Part shown: piece after piece, positions 27,412-39,694 of the stretch
How the letters are laid out: every line of letters begins with the position of its first letter
Numbering within the stretch: position 1 is the first letter of the stretch
Assembly: GCA_043811535.1 (NCBI GenBank)
Contig: JBDRNC010000027.1
Coordinates: 21,283 to 85,282, forward strand
DNA from: Elusimicrobiota bacterium
GTDB taxonomy: Bacteria > Elusimicrobiota > Endomicrobiia > Endomicrobiales > JBDRNC01
Length of the DNA: 64,000 nt
Direction: 5' to 3'
Translations under genes and position numbers: made by a program
The notes under the pieces: model-generated
What the model was told of the DNA's origin: nothing
Database searches by the model: none
Seen by the model: only the letters and a program-made list of their open reading frames with translations

Positions 27412-27479
27412 AGAAAAAAGCAGGGCCGAACCAATCCCGCATCGGCAAAATCGATGCGGGATTGTGCCTGCTTTTTTCT
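27412..27479 (-). terminator. Terminator whose loop carries an inserted palindrome
   Basis: AGAAAAAAGCAGG...CCTGCTTTTTTCT stem enclosing CAATCCCGCATCG-gcaaaat-CGATGCGGGATTG. Confidence 0.7.
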
Positions 27480-27488
27480 ATAACTTAA

Positions 27489-27620
27489 TTACTTCGCAGG
27501 TGTTGCGGGAGCCGCAGGAGCTGCCGGCGCATCAGTCGTTGCAGGGACCGTGGCCTCCTGTTTCGTGCATCCGGCGAAAACCGCCGCCGCGAAGAAAAGA
27601 ACGAGAATCACTTTTTTCAT
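27489..27620 (-). CDS. 43-aa Ala/Pro-rich lipoprotein (not in ORF track)
   Basis: MKKVILVLFFAAAVFAG-CTKQEATVPATTDAPAAPAAPATPAK. Has a lipobox, an AAGGAGGT RBS, its own promoter and a terminator. Confidence 0.85.
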   Translation of the reverse strand: MKKVILVLFFAAAVFAGCTKQEATVPATTDAPAAPAAPATPAK

Positions 27621-27699
27621 TTTGTACACCTCCTTTTCTTAAAGAAAAACCCCTAAGTGCATAAGCCCTTAGAGGCGACACTTTATTCGACTAATCAGT

Positions 27700-27728
27700 A
27701 ATATACTCAAATTCCGTGATTTTGTCAA
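27700..27728 (-). promoter_or_regulatory. Sigma-70 promoter
   Basis: TTGACA-17 nt-TATATT. Confidence 0.7.
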
Positions 27729-27732
27729 GACA

Positions 27733-27811
27733 AAATGTGTTATGTGTAAAGTGTAATGAAGATATTATGCTGTTTTTCGTTTATTTATCAAACATTACAC
27801 ATTTAACATGT
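27733..27811. repeat. 7-nt AATGTGT/ACACATT inverted array
   Basis: Same family as 22150-22213 and the miaB insert at 40999-41031. Confidence 0.7.
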
Positions 27812-28225
27812 CTATCTTTTACTGCGTCTTTTGTATTTTTCGCCCACTTTAAGTTCAAGTATATGTTTCCTGAGCTCTTTTTCAATGAATGAAGTCTCGT
27901 TTTTGTCCTTGGTAGTCTTGAGCAGCTCCCGGGCTCTTTCCTGCGCCTGTTTTTCCTTTTCCAATTCTATGTCGGCTGACCTGACAGCATAGTCGGCCAG
28001 TACGTTCACGGCGTTCTGCGTTATCTCAATAAAGCCGCCCGTAACGGCGATAGAAACGTCTGCGCCGGCTTTCCGTATAAGTATCTCGCCCTCTTTCAGC
28101 TTGGTGAAAACAGGGGTGTGGCCGGGCAGGACCGTGAGTTCGCCCGTCACCGAAGGGAACGTCGCTTCGCGCACCGCGTCCTTGAAGATTGTGCCCTCAG
28201 GAGAGATAATAAGCAGGTTTATCAT
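27812..28225 (-). CDS. atpC: ATP synthase epsilon subunit
   Basis: Motifs GELTVLPGHTP and GGFIEI. Operon position. Confidence 0.95.
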   Translation of the reverse strand: MINLLIISPEGTIFKDAVREATFPSVTGELTVLPGHTPVFTKLKEGEILIRKAGADVSIAVTGGFIEITQNAVNVLADYAVRSADIELEKEKQAQERARELLKTTKDKNETSFIEKELRKHILELKVGEKYKRRSKR

Positions 28226-28242
28226 GATAGTTTAGCGCAACA

Positions 28243-29667
<1,425 letters not shown>

Positions 29668-30519
29668 TTACGAGATCTTGGCGTTTGCAAGGTCCAGTAT
29701 CTCGTTAGTGATCCTTTCCTGTCTTGTTTTATTGTATGTAAGCGTTAGAGATTCTCCTATGTCCAGCGCGTTTTCCTTTGCGTTCCCCATGGCGATCATC
29801 CTGGCCGCCTGTTCGGAGGTGTATGCCTGTATCAACGCGTTGAAAAGTTTTATTTCAAGGTAATAAGGGATCAGTTCATTCAGAATGTACTGGAGCCCGG
29901 GCTCGAACTTGTACGGCAGGACTTGATTCTCCGCTGCTTGTTTCGGCGGTTCTATGGGCAGTACTTTTACCGCAACGGGCGACTGGGAAAAGAATGACCT
30001 GAATTCGGTGTAAAGCAGGTGTACTTCGGAGACCTGTTTCCCGAGATAACTCCGCTGAATGATGTTCATGAGCGGATAGACCGAAGTGTAGTGAGGGAAC
30101 TTGCCGCCGAACGGGAAAGATGCCGGGATTTCGTAGCCCATTCTTGAAGCGAAGCGCTCTATTTTATTCCCCACAGTCACGACCGTGAGATTACCGGAGC
30201 CGAATTCAAGCAGCTTCCTGCACAGATTGGTCACTATAGAACCGGCCAGCCCCCTGTCCGGCGAGAATGCTATCAGCAGCCGGTTTTGGGTATTGACGTT
30301 TTTGGCCATGTAAGGGTGCTCGATATCTTCGGCCCGGGACGATGAAAGCATCCTGTCAAGAACCTCGGTGATCTTGTCCGAATACGGCTTGTTGTTCTGA
30401 GCCGCGGCCTGGGCCTTCTTGATCTTGGACGCGGCGATCATCTCCATCGCGCGCGCTATCTGCGAGATGTTCTGCGCCGTTTTAATCCGTTTTTTCAGAG
30501 ATTGAAGGTTCTGGGACAT
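29668..30519 (-). CDS. atpG: ATP synthase gamma subunit
   Basis: Motifs AMEMIAASK, DRGLAG, SEQAARMIAM and RQERITNEI. Confidence 0.97.
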   Translation of the reverse strand: MSQNLQSLKKRIKTAQNISQIARAMEMIAASKIKKAQAAAQNNKPYSDKITEVLDRMLSSSRAEDIEHPYMAKNVNTQNRLLIAFSPDRGLAGSIVTNLCRKLLEFGSGNLTVVTVGNKIERFASRMGYEIPASFPFGGKFPHYTSVYPLMNIIQRSYLGKQVSEVHLLYTEFRSFFSQSPVAVKVLPIEPPKQAAENQVLPYKFEPGLQYILNELIPYYLEIKLFNALIQAYTSEQAARMIAMGNAKENALDIGESLTLTYNKTRQERITNEILDLANAKIS

Positions 30520-30567
30520 AATAACACCGATTACAAGATTGAAAGATTTAAAGATTACAAAAAAACA

Positions 30568-32088
30568 TTATACAAGGGTTTTTTTGAATTCGAATATTGT
30601 GTTGTTGAGCTCTTCCTGCGTTTTATCGTCAAGTTTGGCGCCCGTCCGTATCTTTTCCGACAGCTGTTTCTCGTTCAAGCGGAAATACTCGTGCATCTCG
30701 CTTTCCGCTTTCTTTATATTCGCTACGGGGATATCATCCAGAAGCCCGGATGTCGCCGCGAATATGCTGACCACCTGCGATACCTCGTCCAGCGGTTTGT
30801 ACTGCGGCTGTTTCAGTATCTCTACGACCCGTTTCCCTCGTTCTATCTGCTTGAGCGTCTGCTCATCAAGATCGCTTCCGAACTGGACGAAGGCCTGCAG
30901 CGACCTGAACTGCGCGAGTTCAATCCTTATCATGCTCGAGAACTGCTTCATTGCCTTTGACTGCGCCGCGCCGCCGACGCGCGACACCGATAATCCCGCG
31001 TTTATGGCAGGCCGTATGCCGGCGTTGAAAAGGTCCGCTTCAAGATAGATCTGGCCGTCGGTTATGGAGATGACGTTCGTGGGGATATAGGCCGATACGT
31101 CATTTGCCTGCGTTTCAATAACGGGTATCGCGGTAAGAGTTCCCCCGCCTAATTCTTCGGAAAGCCGCGCGGCGCGCTCCAACAGCCGCGAATGAAGATA
31201 GAAAATATCTCCCGGGTATGCCTCTCTTCCGGCCGGCCGCCTCAAAAGCAGCGCAAGCTGCCTGTACGCCCAGGCGTGTTTCGTGAGGTCGTCGTAAATC
31301 ACAAGTACGTCTTCGCCTTTATCCATGAAGTACTCGCCGATCGCGCACGCGGCGAACGGCGCGATGTACTGAAGCGTCACCGGGTCGGACGCGCTTGCCG
31401 CGACTACTATCGTGTATTCCATCGCGCCTTCTTTTTCAAGGCGCGCGATTGTTCTCGCTATGTTGCTCCTCTTCTGCCCTATCGCGCAGTATATGCAGAT
31501 CATGCGCTTGAGATTCAAGTCGCATTTTTTCTGGTTGATTATCGCGTCTATCGCGATGGCCGTCTTTCCCGTGTTGCGGTCGCCGATAATAAGTTCCCTT
31601 TGGCCCCTTCCTATCGGAGTCATCGCGTCTACGGCCTTGACTCCCGTTTTTACGGGACGGTCCACCGGCCGGCGGTCTATTATCTGATAAGCCAGCTTTT
31701 CCAGTGGATAAAGCTTGCCGGACGGCTTAAGCGGCTTGCCGTCAAGTGGATTCTGGAGCGGGTCTATGACGCGGCCGATAAGGTTATCGGAGGCCAGCAC
31801 CCCCATGATCTTTCCGGTGGTCTTCACCTTCATGCCTTCGGAAATATCCTCGGCCGGCGAAAGCAGGACTATTGAGGTGGAATCCTCGTCCATGTTGAAT
31901 ATCAGTCCCCGCTTCTTGTTCTCGAACTCCACTTCTTCGCCGAACCCGGCTTTCGAGAGCCCGTTCGCCCTTATTATGCCGTCGCTGTTCGACATCACGA
32001 TTCCCTGATTGGAATGCTCGGGGCTCAGTTGCGCCGTGGAAATCCTTTCTTCGATCTGTTTAATGAGTTCTTCAGGTGTTGTTGTCAT
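30568..32088 (-). CDS. atpA: ATP synthase alpha subunit
   Basis: Motifs GRGQRELIIGDRNTGKT and REAYPGDIFYLHSRLLERA. Confidence 0.98.
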   Translation of the reverse strand: MTTTPEELIKQIEERISTAQLSPEHSNQGIVMSNSDGIIRANGLSKAGFGEEVEFENKKRGLIFNMDEDSTSIVLLSPAEDISEGMKVKTTGKIMGVLASDNLIGRVIDPLQNPLDGKPLKPSGKLYPLEKLAYQIIDRRPVDRPVKTGVKAVDAMTPIGRGQRELIIGDRNTGKTAIAIDAIINQKKCDLNLKRMICIYCAIGQKRSNIARTIARLEKEGAMEYTIVVAASASDPVTLQYIAPFAACAIGEYFMDKGEDVLVIYDDLTKHAWAYRQLALLLRRPAGREAYPGDIFYLHSRLLERAARLSEELGGGTLTAIPVIETQANDVSAYIPTNVISITDGQIYLEADLFNAGIRPAINAGLSVSRVGGAAQSKAMKQFSSMIRIELAQFRSLQAFVQFGSDLDEQTLKQIERGKRVVEILKQPQYKPLDEVSQVVSIFAATSGLLDDIPVANIKKAESEMHEYFRLNEKQLSEKIRTGAKLDDKTQEELNNTIFEFKKTLV

Positions 32089-32232
32089 CCAGCCCTTCCT
32101 GTTCTATCCGCAGTTTCTTGCAGAAAGTATTCTTTAGATTTTTGCGAATTTCCCATGATATTATCGTTCCTTTTCGGAAGGACTGGATCTCTCACATTCC
32201 GGGTTTTTCCCAAAATGGTTCCGTCCCCTCAT

Positions 32233-32589
32233 CTATAGGTTCTCCCGCAGTTGTTGGAATGTCTTTTCAAGCATGTTTTTTATGTTCATCCTGGTTATTT
32301 CATCGTCGGCCTGTATCTCCATGCCCGCGCCGAGTTTATCCGACATCTCGAAAATTATCTCTTTTCCCCTGTATTTGCGCGAGATCATCTCCCTGGATTT
32401 GCTGTCCAGCTCGCCGGCCGTCCGGACAAAAACGCGGTTTTTCGCGGTTTCGCGGCGCAAAAGGCAGAGGAACTCCTTGAGTTCGGAGATGGAAAATTTC
32501 TTCAGGATGAAGTCAGCCGTTCTCTTGCTGACCTTGCCTTCGGAAACCGTCAGTTCCGCCAGTTCCTTGAGTTCCCTTTTGCTTATCAT
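32233..32589 (-). CDS. atpH: ATP synthase delta subunit (short form)
   Basis: Position between b and alpha. C-terminal OSCP-like D.KLGAGMEI...DE motif. Confidence 0.85.
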   Translation of the reverse strand: MISKRELKELAELTVSEGKVSKRTADFILKKFSISELKEFLCLLRRETAKNRVFVRTAGELDSKSREMISRKYRGKEIIFEMSDKLGAGMEIQADDEITRMNIKNMLEKTFQQLRENL

Positions 32590-33098
32590 GACGGGAGGTT
32601 TTCCTTTTCTATCGTTTCAGCCGATTTTTTGAGTATCCTGTCCTTGTCTTCCTGCGAGAACACGGTCTCTATGACGCTCGCGAGGATCTTCTGGGATAAT
32701 CCCAGCGACAGCTCTTTCATGCTCTTTTCCGCCTTCTGCATCTCGGACTCGGCGCTCGCTTTTGCCTGCGCGATTATCTTTTCCGATTCGGTTTTTGAAA
32801 CGGATATCATCTCGTTCTTGATATCTTCCGCGGCTTTTCTCGCGTTTTCAACTATCTCATGGGCGCCTAATTTCGCGTCCCTCACGATATCGGCGCTTTC
32901 CCTGCCGGCGTTTTCAAGAAATTCGGCGGCCTTGCTGGAATCCTCAATGCCCTTTTTAATCTTTTCTTCCCGCTCTTTCAGCATCTTCATTATCGGGGTG
33001 AAAAGGAATTTCTTGAAAATGAAAACAAGTATAAGGAAGTTGATTATCTGCCCGATCAGCAGGCGGATATCCAGTCCGAATTGACCGAAAATTTCCAT
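32586..33098 (-). CDS. atpF: ATP synthase b subunit
   Basis: QIINFLILVFIFKKFLFTPI.K.L.ER followed by a coiled coil. Confidence 0.95.
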   Translation of the reverse strand: MEIFGQFGLDIRLLIGQIINFLILVFIFKKFLFTPIMKMLKEREEKIKKGIEDSSKAAEFLENAGRESADIVRDAKLGAHEIVENARKAAEDIKNEMISVSKTESEKIIAQAKASAESEMQKAEKSMKELSLGLSQKILASVIETVFSQEDKDRILKKSAETIEKENLPS

Positions 33099-33170
33099 TG
33101 AGCACCTCAAGTGTCTCTACTTAATTGTCCTATGCGAAATACCCGAAGGGTATAATATAGTTCCTATATT

Positions 33171-33363
33171 TGATTACACAGATTTTTTAAATAGATTTCA
33201 CAGATTACAAAGTGCTTTAATCCGTGTAATCGTCTTTATTAATCGGTGTAATCGTTTTTCTAATCCCGATAAATCGGGACTCCATTAATTGCATGTCGGA
33301 AGTCGTCTGTGTAATCGTTGTTCTTAATCTGTGTAATCGTCTTTGTAAATCTGTGTAATCTTC
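33171..33363. repeat. AATCTGTGTAATC repeat cluster with a nested 44-nt palindrome
   Basis: Several AATC(T/G/C)GTGTAATC units at about 21-nt spacing, plus an inverse GATTACACAGATT. Insert at 33262-33305. Confidence 0.8.
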
Positions 33364-34312
<949 letters not shown>

Positions 34313-34335
34313 ATTTATCGCGTTCTGCGGTAACT

Positions 34336-34495
34336 TGAGTTGTTTGAAAAACCTTTTTTCGAAGCGAAATTTCGGGATTTGAGCCGCGGCGAGGCGGATG
34401 AGGCGAGTCCCGCTAAGGCGGGATGAGTCGAGTCCAACGACGCCTTAGGCCAAAGACCGAAATTGCAGCCGGAAAGGGGTTTTTCAACCAACTCA
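34336..34495. mobile_element. ~160-bp MITE-like element
   Basis: 18-bp terminal inverted repeat TGAGTTGTTTGAAAAACC / GGTTTTTCAACCAACTCA (one mismatch). Internal nested TCCCGCTAAGGCGGGA. Confidence 0.7.
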
Positions 34496-34500
34496 GGCAT

Positions 34501-34529
34501 ATTATAGTAGATTCACATGTTTTATTCAA
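34501..34529 (-). promoter_or_regulatory. Probable atp operon promoter
   Basis: TTGAAT-17 nt-TATAAT. Confidence 0.65.
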
Positions 34530-34586
34530 TGTATAGTTCATTTCCGAAGTGGCGGAGACTCTTCGGAAATGGAGGCGGCAGACCCC

Positions 34587-36311
34587 TCAAATCCGGCCGA
34601 AATACTTCTCAAGCTGTTTTCTGCTGAGCTTGAATACGGTGGGCCTGCCGTGGGGACATGTGTAGGGCGCCGCGCACTTAAAAAGGTCGTCTATAAGCCT
34701 GTCCATTTCCTGACGGGAAACGCGGTCCCCGGCCTTGATACTTTTCCTGCAGGCAGAGCGTATTATCTTTTCCTTTTTTTCGGCTTCCGTGAGTTTTGTT
34801 TCTTCCGCGAGGGATTCAAGCACGCCTTTTATGACGTTTATTATTTCAAGCCCGGCGCCAAGCACCGCCGGGACCCCTGTTATCCGGAACGTTTTTGAAC
34901 CGAATTCTTCTATCTCCCATCCCGTTTCTTTAAGAAGCCCGATATTTTCCTTCAGCAGAGCGCTTAAGCTTGCGGGCATGTCCAGCGTTTCGGGAATCAG
35001 CATCTGCTGGACCTGCACCTTATCATTCCTGGCTTCGTCCGAATATCTTTCATACCTGATCCTTTCGGCGGCGGCGTGCTGGTCTATGATGATCAGTTCG
35101 TCCCCTTTCTGGGCGACGAGATACGAGCCGAACACCTGGAACGCGTTTCCGGCAGTTTTGCCGGCTTCAAAATCCGCGGATATAAAAGGGGCCGCGGGTT
35201 TTCCGGCGGCGGTCCTGTTCCTCAGTATTAGTTCTTCGGCGGTATAGGTTGCCGGCGCTTCTTTAACGAAAGCCGGCTGTACGGAGGATTCAGGCGTCTC
35301 AAACTGCGTAAGCCTGACCTGAACGGGCCTGTTCAGCGCGGTTTTAATGGAACGGTAAATGATATCGTAAAGATCGTTTTCCTTGGCAATGCGGATTTCA
35401 CGCTTTGCAGGATGTATGTTGACGTCGATTTCGGAAGGGTCGATTTCCATGTAAAGCAGGATTCCGGGATGTCTCCCTTTTGGGAGATTCTCGCTGTACG
35501 CGTCGTAAATAGCGCGGAAAATGACCTTGCTTATCTGCACCGGCCTTCTGTTGACGAAAAGGAACTGGAAGTTCCTGTTGGGCTGGTTTTTTTCGGTCGG
35601 CGTGGCGAAACCGGAAAGTTTTATCTTAGGATGCGTTATCTCAAAAGGGACAAGCGAGGACGCGAACCCGTCCCCGAGTACGTCAAAGATCCTTTCAACT
35701 GGTTTTTTTGTCTGCGGCGTGTTCAGCGCCTGCCTGCCGTCGGAAATTACCCTGAATGATATTTCCGGCCGGGCAAGCGCGAGCTGCTCCGCGTGGCTGA
35801 GGATATTATGCTTTTCGGTCGCGCCGCTCTTAAGGAATTTCAGGCGCGCCGGGGTGTTGAAGAAAAGGCCGCTGACCTCGATGTTCGTGCCCGGTTTTCC
35901 CGCCCACTCCTTTTTCCCCTTTACTTTTCCTCCGGAGATCCTCAGTTCCATGCCGGCGTCCGCGCCTTTTGCCTGGCTCTGGACGAGTACATTGGAAACG
36001 GACGCGATCGACGGCAGCGCCTCGCCCCTGAAGCCCATGGTAAGAATCTTTGAAAGGTCGTCAAAACCGGATATCTTGCTGGTCGCGTGGCGCGTGAAGG
36101 CCAGGGACAGCTCTTCCGGCAACATGCCGCAGCCGTCGTCTGTCACGCGGATCAGTTTTCTGCCGGATTCCGTTATCTCTATCTCAATGGAGCGGCTGCC
36201 GGCGTCTATGGAATTCTCCGCGAGTTCTTTTACGACATTGGCGGGCCGCTCGATCACTTCCCCGGCGGCGATTTTATTGATGGTATCTTCGGATAAAATA
36301 TGGATGGCCAT
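34587..36311 (-). CDS. mutL: DNA mismatch repair protein MutL
   Basis: Motifs IAAGEVIERP, GFRGEAL, DQHAAAERIRYE and CPHGRP. Confidence 0.98.
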   Translation of the reverse strand: MAIHILSEDTINKIAAGEVIERPANVVKELAENSIDAGSRSIEIEITESGRKLIRVTDDGCGMLPEELSLAFTRHATSKISGFDDLSKILTMGFRGEALPSIASVSNVLVQSQAKGADAGMELRISGGKVKGKKEWAGKPGTNIEVSGLFFNTPARLKFLKSGATEKHNILSHAEQLALARPEISFRVISDGRQALNTPQTKKPVERIFDVLGDGFASSLVPFEITHPKIKLSGFATPTEKNQPNRNFQFLFVNRRPVQISKVIFRAIYDAYSENLPKGRHPGILLYMEIDPSEIDVNIHPAKREIRIAKENDLYDIIYRSIKTALNRPVQVRLTQFETPESSVQPAFVKEAPATYTAEELILRNRTAAGKPAAPFISADFEAGKTAGNAFQVFGSYLVAQKGDELIIIDQHAAAERIRYERYSDEARNDKVQVQQMLIPETLDMPASLSALLKENIGLLKETGWEIEEFGSKTFRITGVPAVLGAGLEIINVIKGVLESLAEETKLTEAEKKEKIIRSACRKSIKAGDRVSRQEMDRLIDDLFKCAAPYTCPHGRPTVFKLSRKQLEKYFGRI

Positions 36312-36317
36312 AATAGA

Positions 36318-36432
36318 ATAAATCCTAAACTTAAAATTCTAAATACTAAATAAATCCAAAATTCAAATTTTTAAATTTTTCTTTTTGAGCTTTTGATTTC
36401 TTTAGGATTTAGTGTTTAGGATTTAGTGTTTA
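36318..36432. repeat. Empty heptamer (TAAAT.C) inverted element
   Basis: aatcctaaacttaaaattctaaatactaaa ... tttaggatttagtgtttaggatttagtgttta. Confidence 0.75.
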
Positions 36433-36861
36433 TCTTTTATTATTGTGTAGTTTCTGCGGTTTGTGGCAGAGTTTGAGGTACGAACATTTTTCGAAACAGA
36501 CGTCCGAGACTCCGAGCGCGAGTTTTGTCTCGCAGTCGGAAAAGTCGAATGCCAGGCGGTTTATGTGGCGGAAATCCGCGGGATCGATCTTGCTGAAAGT
36601 TATTCCTACGCGCCACATCTCTCCCTTGGGCACGGTCCATACTACTTTACCCATCAGATGATGTGTTTTAAGCCCGGGAAGGTCTATGGACAGGTTTATC
36701 AGCGTGCTCAGCGGCAGCGCGCTGTAGGTGAGCAGGGACATTCCTCCCGCGGAAAGATCCACGAGGAGCCCGGGTATGGCATCCGTGCCAAGCCCTATCT
36801 GGATCGTTTCATCCATTTCATGGATGACAGGCGAGCGTTTGTATCTTCTTCTCTCTTCCAT
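36430..36861 (-). CDS. PilZ-domain protein with a Cys-rich tail
   Basis: RxxxR (RRYKR) and DxSxGG (DLSAGG) motifs. Confidence 0.88.
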   Translation of the reverse strand: MEERRRYKRSPVIHEMDETIQIGLGTDAIPGLLVDLSAGGMSLLTYSALPLSTLINLSIDLPGLKTHHLMGKVVWTVPKGEMWRVGITFSKIDPADFRHINRLAFDFSDCETKLALGVSDVCFEKCSYLKLCHKPQKLHNNKR

Positions 36862-36878
36862 ATTATAGAACCTTTAAT

Positions 36879-37032
36879 TGATTCCACAGATTTTTAACTT
36901 AGATTACATTGATTAAAGCATATTTGTTCAGTTATCTGTGTAATCTTTTTTGAAATCTGTGAAATCTTCTCTGGAATCGGTGTAATCGTCTTTTCTAATC
37001 TGTGTAATCGTCTTATTTAATCTGCGTAATCT
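36879..37032. repeat. AATCTGTGTAATC repeat cluster
   Basis: Four to five units, the last inside the mutS 3' end. A further copy lies at 3098-3128. Confidence 0.8.
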
Positions 37033-39694
37033 TTGTTTTCAGTTCAGTCAGGATTTTCAACGCTTCAATGGGAGTCGTATCATTCAAATCTATCTTGCCT
37101 AATTCTACTAAAATATTATTGAAATTTGAAGTATCTTTTTGAGAAATTATTATATTATTTCTTTGCGCGCTCTGCGCGAATAATTCCAGCTCGCCCTGAT
37201 GCCGGCCGTTCGCCTCGGATTTGTATTTCTGTTCCAGGATATGCAAGATAGTTTTTGCGCGCGAAACGACGGTATCCGGAAGCCCCGCGAGCTGGGCGAC
37301 GTGGATGCCGTACGACCTGTCCGCGGAGCCGGGGATTATCTTGTGCAGAAATACAACGTTGCCCTGCCACTCTTTGACCGACACGTTGAAATTCTTTATA
37401 TTGCCGTATTTATCGGGAAGATCGGTTAGTTCGAAATAGTGCGTTGCGAAAAGGACTTTCGGCCCCTTTGATTTTGAGTTGTGCGCCCCGGCGAGATATT
37501 CGACCGAAGCCCGGGCGATCGATATGCCGTCGTACGTCGATGTCCCGCGCCCCACCTCGTCAAGTATGATAAGGCTTCTCGGCGTGAACTGGTTCAGTAT
37601 GCTGGATGTCTCGTGCATCTCAACCATGAAGGTGGATTCTCCGCCGGCGAGGTTGTCCGCCGCGCCGATCCTCGTGAAGATCCTGTCCACAATGCCTATG
37701 ACCGCCGACGATGCCGGCACGTACGACCCTATCTGCGCAAGAATCGTTATCAGGGCGGCCTGCCTGAGATACGTGGATTTTCCGGCCATGTTCGGGCCCG
37801 TGAGAATAATTATCTGGTCGGTATCGGGGTTCAGGTATGTGTCGTTCGGCACGAAAGCGCCCGAACGCATCATTTTCTCAATTACGGGATGCCTGCCTTC
37901 CTTGATGTCCATTTCATGGCTCTCATCAACGTGGGGCTTGACGTAGTTGTTAAGCGCGGCTGTTTCCGCAAGAGATGAATACACGTCCAGTTCCGCCAGC
38001 GCGGACGCGATTTCCTGGAGCCTTCCGGAGCTTTCAAGGAGCTTGGAGCGCAGTTCCCTGAAAAGCGTTTCTTCAAGCCTTATGATCCTTTCATCGGCGG
38101 AAAGTATTTTTTCTTCCAGGGATTTAAGCTCGGGCGTGATGAACCTCTCGCCGTTCGCCACGGTCTGCTTGCGGATGTATTCCTGCGGCACAAGGCGCAG
38201 GTTCGGTTTCGTTACCTCTATATAGTAGCCGAAAACGGATGTATAGCCTATCTTGAGCGAGTTTATGCCGGTCCTTTCCCTTTCGCCGGTTTCGGTTTCG
38301 GATATGAATTTTTTCGCGTCGCGGCTGATCCTGCGCAGTTCGTCAAGCTCGGGATTGAAACCGTCGCGGATGACGCCTCCTTCTTTAATGCTGACCGGGG
38401 GCTCGTCCGCAAGGGTTCCGGATATAAGCTCGATTGTTTCCGAAGGAACTTTAAGTTTACTTGTGAGTTCGCTGACGGTAAGGGAAAGCCCGTCAAACGA
38501 GTCCGAAGGCTTGAGGTTTTCGGTTATTTTTTCCAGTATTTCCAGAGAGTTTTTAAGCGCGATGACTTCTTTCGGGCTCGCGGCACCGGAAGCCAGGCGG
38601 CTCAGTATCCGTTCAATATCGGAAATGCCTTTGAGAAGCGCCCTGACCTGCCTTCGGGCCATCCCGTCATCCGCGAAAAACGACACCGCCTGCTGCCTGA
38701 GAACGATTTTCTTGGCAGAAATGAGCGGTTTTGTCAGCCATTGCCTTAAACTCCTTGCCCCCATCGGCGTAAGGGTTGAATCTATCGTTCCTAAAAGCGA
38801 GTTTTCCTTACTCCCTGATGAAAAACTCGCTGTCAATTCAAGGTTTTTTATCGCCGTCTCATCCAAAAGCATGTATTCATCCAGCGAATAATACCTGATT
38901 TTTGAAAGCGGCGGCAGGTTGGTGACCTGCGTTTTCTCAAGATAAGCGAGTATCGCGCCCGCCGCTCCCGCGGCCAGCGCCTTGTTTTCTATTCCAAGCG
39001 GTTTTAGCGACTGAACATTAAAGTATCGCTTTAACTTCGTAGCCGCTTCGGAAAACTCAAAGAACCAGTCATCCAAGGCGCTCAGAGTCACGTTCGCCCC
39101 GCCAAAAGAAGCGATGAATGCTTCCTTTTCGCGCGATTTCGGCAGTATCAGTTCGCCCGAAGAAAGCCGGTATAGCTCGTTTTTGATATTATCCCTTGAG
39201 GTTTGGGTAGCGCCGAACTCGCCCGTAGAAATGTCCACGTAGGCCAGCCCGAACTCGTTCAGGTTTTCCGAAGGAAGGATTGCGGTAAGGAAGTTGTTTT
39301 GTTTCGCTTCAAGCAGGTTGTCTTCAAGTATCGTTCCGGGGGTTATCACGCGGACAACGCCGCGCCTGACGACTTTTATGCCGGGGCGGGGTTCCTCCAA
39401 CTGCTCGCAAACCGCGACTTTCTCCCCCTTGGAGATGAGCTTTCTTATATAGGAGTTGACGGCATGGTAGGGCACGCCGCACATCGGGACGTCCTGGCGT
39501 TTTGTAAGGACCACTTCAAGCGCCGGGGAGGCCTTTATCGCGTCTTCCCCGAACATCTCGTAAAAATCGCCCAGCCGGAAAAAGAGGATGACTCCCGGAT
39601 ATTGCGTCTTTATATCCCTGTACTGCTGCATCAGCGGCGTCAGGGCGTCTTTTTTCGTATCAGGTTTCTGAGGTTTTGGATCCATTTGAGCCAT
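37013..39694 (-). CDS. mutS: DNA mismatch repair protein MutS
   Basis: Motifs TPLMQQY, FFRLGDFYEMF, TGPNMAGKSTYLRQ and DEVGRGTST. Confidence 0.98.
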   Translation of the reverse strand: MAQMDPKPQKPDTKKDALTPLMQQYRDIKTQYPGVILFFRLGDFYEMFGEDAIKASPALEVVLTKRQDVPMCGVPYHAVNSYIRKLISKGEKVAVCEQLEEPRPGIKVVRRGVVRVITPGTILEDNLLEAKQNNFLTAILPSENLNEFGLAYVDISTGEFGATQTSRDNIKNELYRLSSGELILPKSREKEAFIASFGGANVTLSALDDWFFEFSEAATKLKRYFNVQSLKPLGIENKALAAGAAGAILAYLEKTQVTNLPPLSKIRYYSLDEYMLLDETAIKNLELTASFSSGSKENSLLGTIDSTLTPMGARSLRQWLTKPLISAKKIVLRQQAVSFFADDGMARRQVRALLKGISDIERILSRLASGAASPKEVIALKNSLEILEKITENLKPSDSFDGLSLTVSELTSKLKVPSETIELISGTLADEPPVSIKEGGVIRDGFNPELDELRRISRDAKKFISETETGERERTGINSLKIGYTSVFGYYIEVTKPNLRLVPQEYIRKQTVANGERFITPELKSLEEKILSADERIIRLEETLFRELRSKLLESSGRLQEIASALAELDVYSSLAETAALNNYVKPHVDESHEMDIKEGRHPVIEKMMRSGAFVPNDTYLNPDTDQIIILTGPNMAGKSTYLRQAALITILAQIGSYVPASSAVIGIVDRIFTRIGAADNLAGGESTFMVEMHETSSILNQFTPRSLIILDEVGRGTSTYDGISIARASVEYLAGAHNSKSKGPKVLFATHYFELTDLPDKYGNIKNFNVSVKEWQGNVVFLHKIIPGSADRSYGIHVAQLAGLPDTVVSRAKTILHILEQKYKSEANGRHQGELELFAQSAQRNNIIISQKDTSNFNNILVELGKIDLNDTTPIEALKILTELKTKITQIK

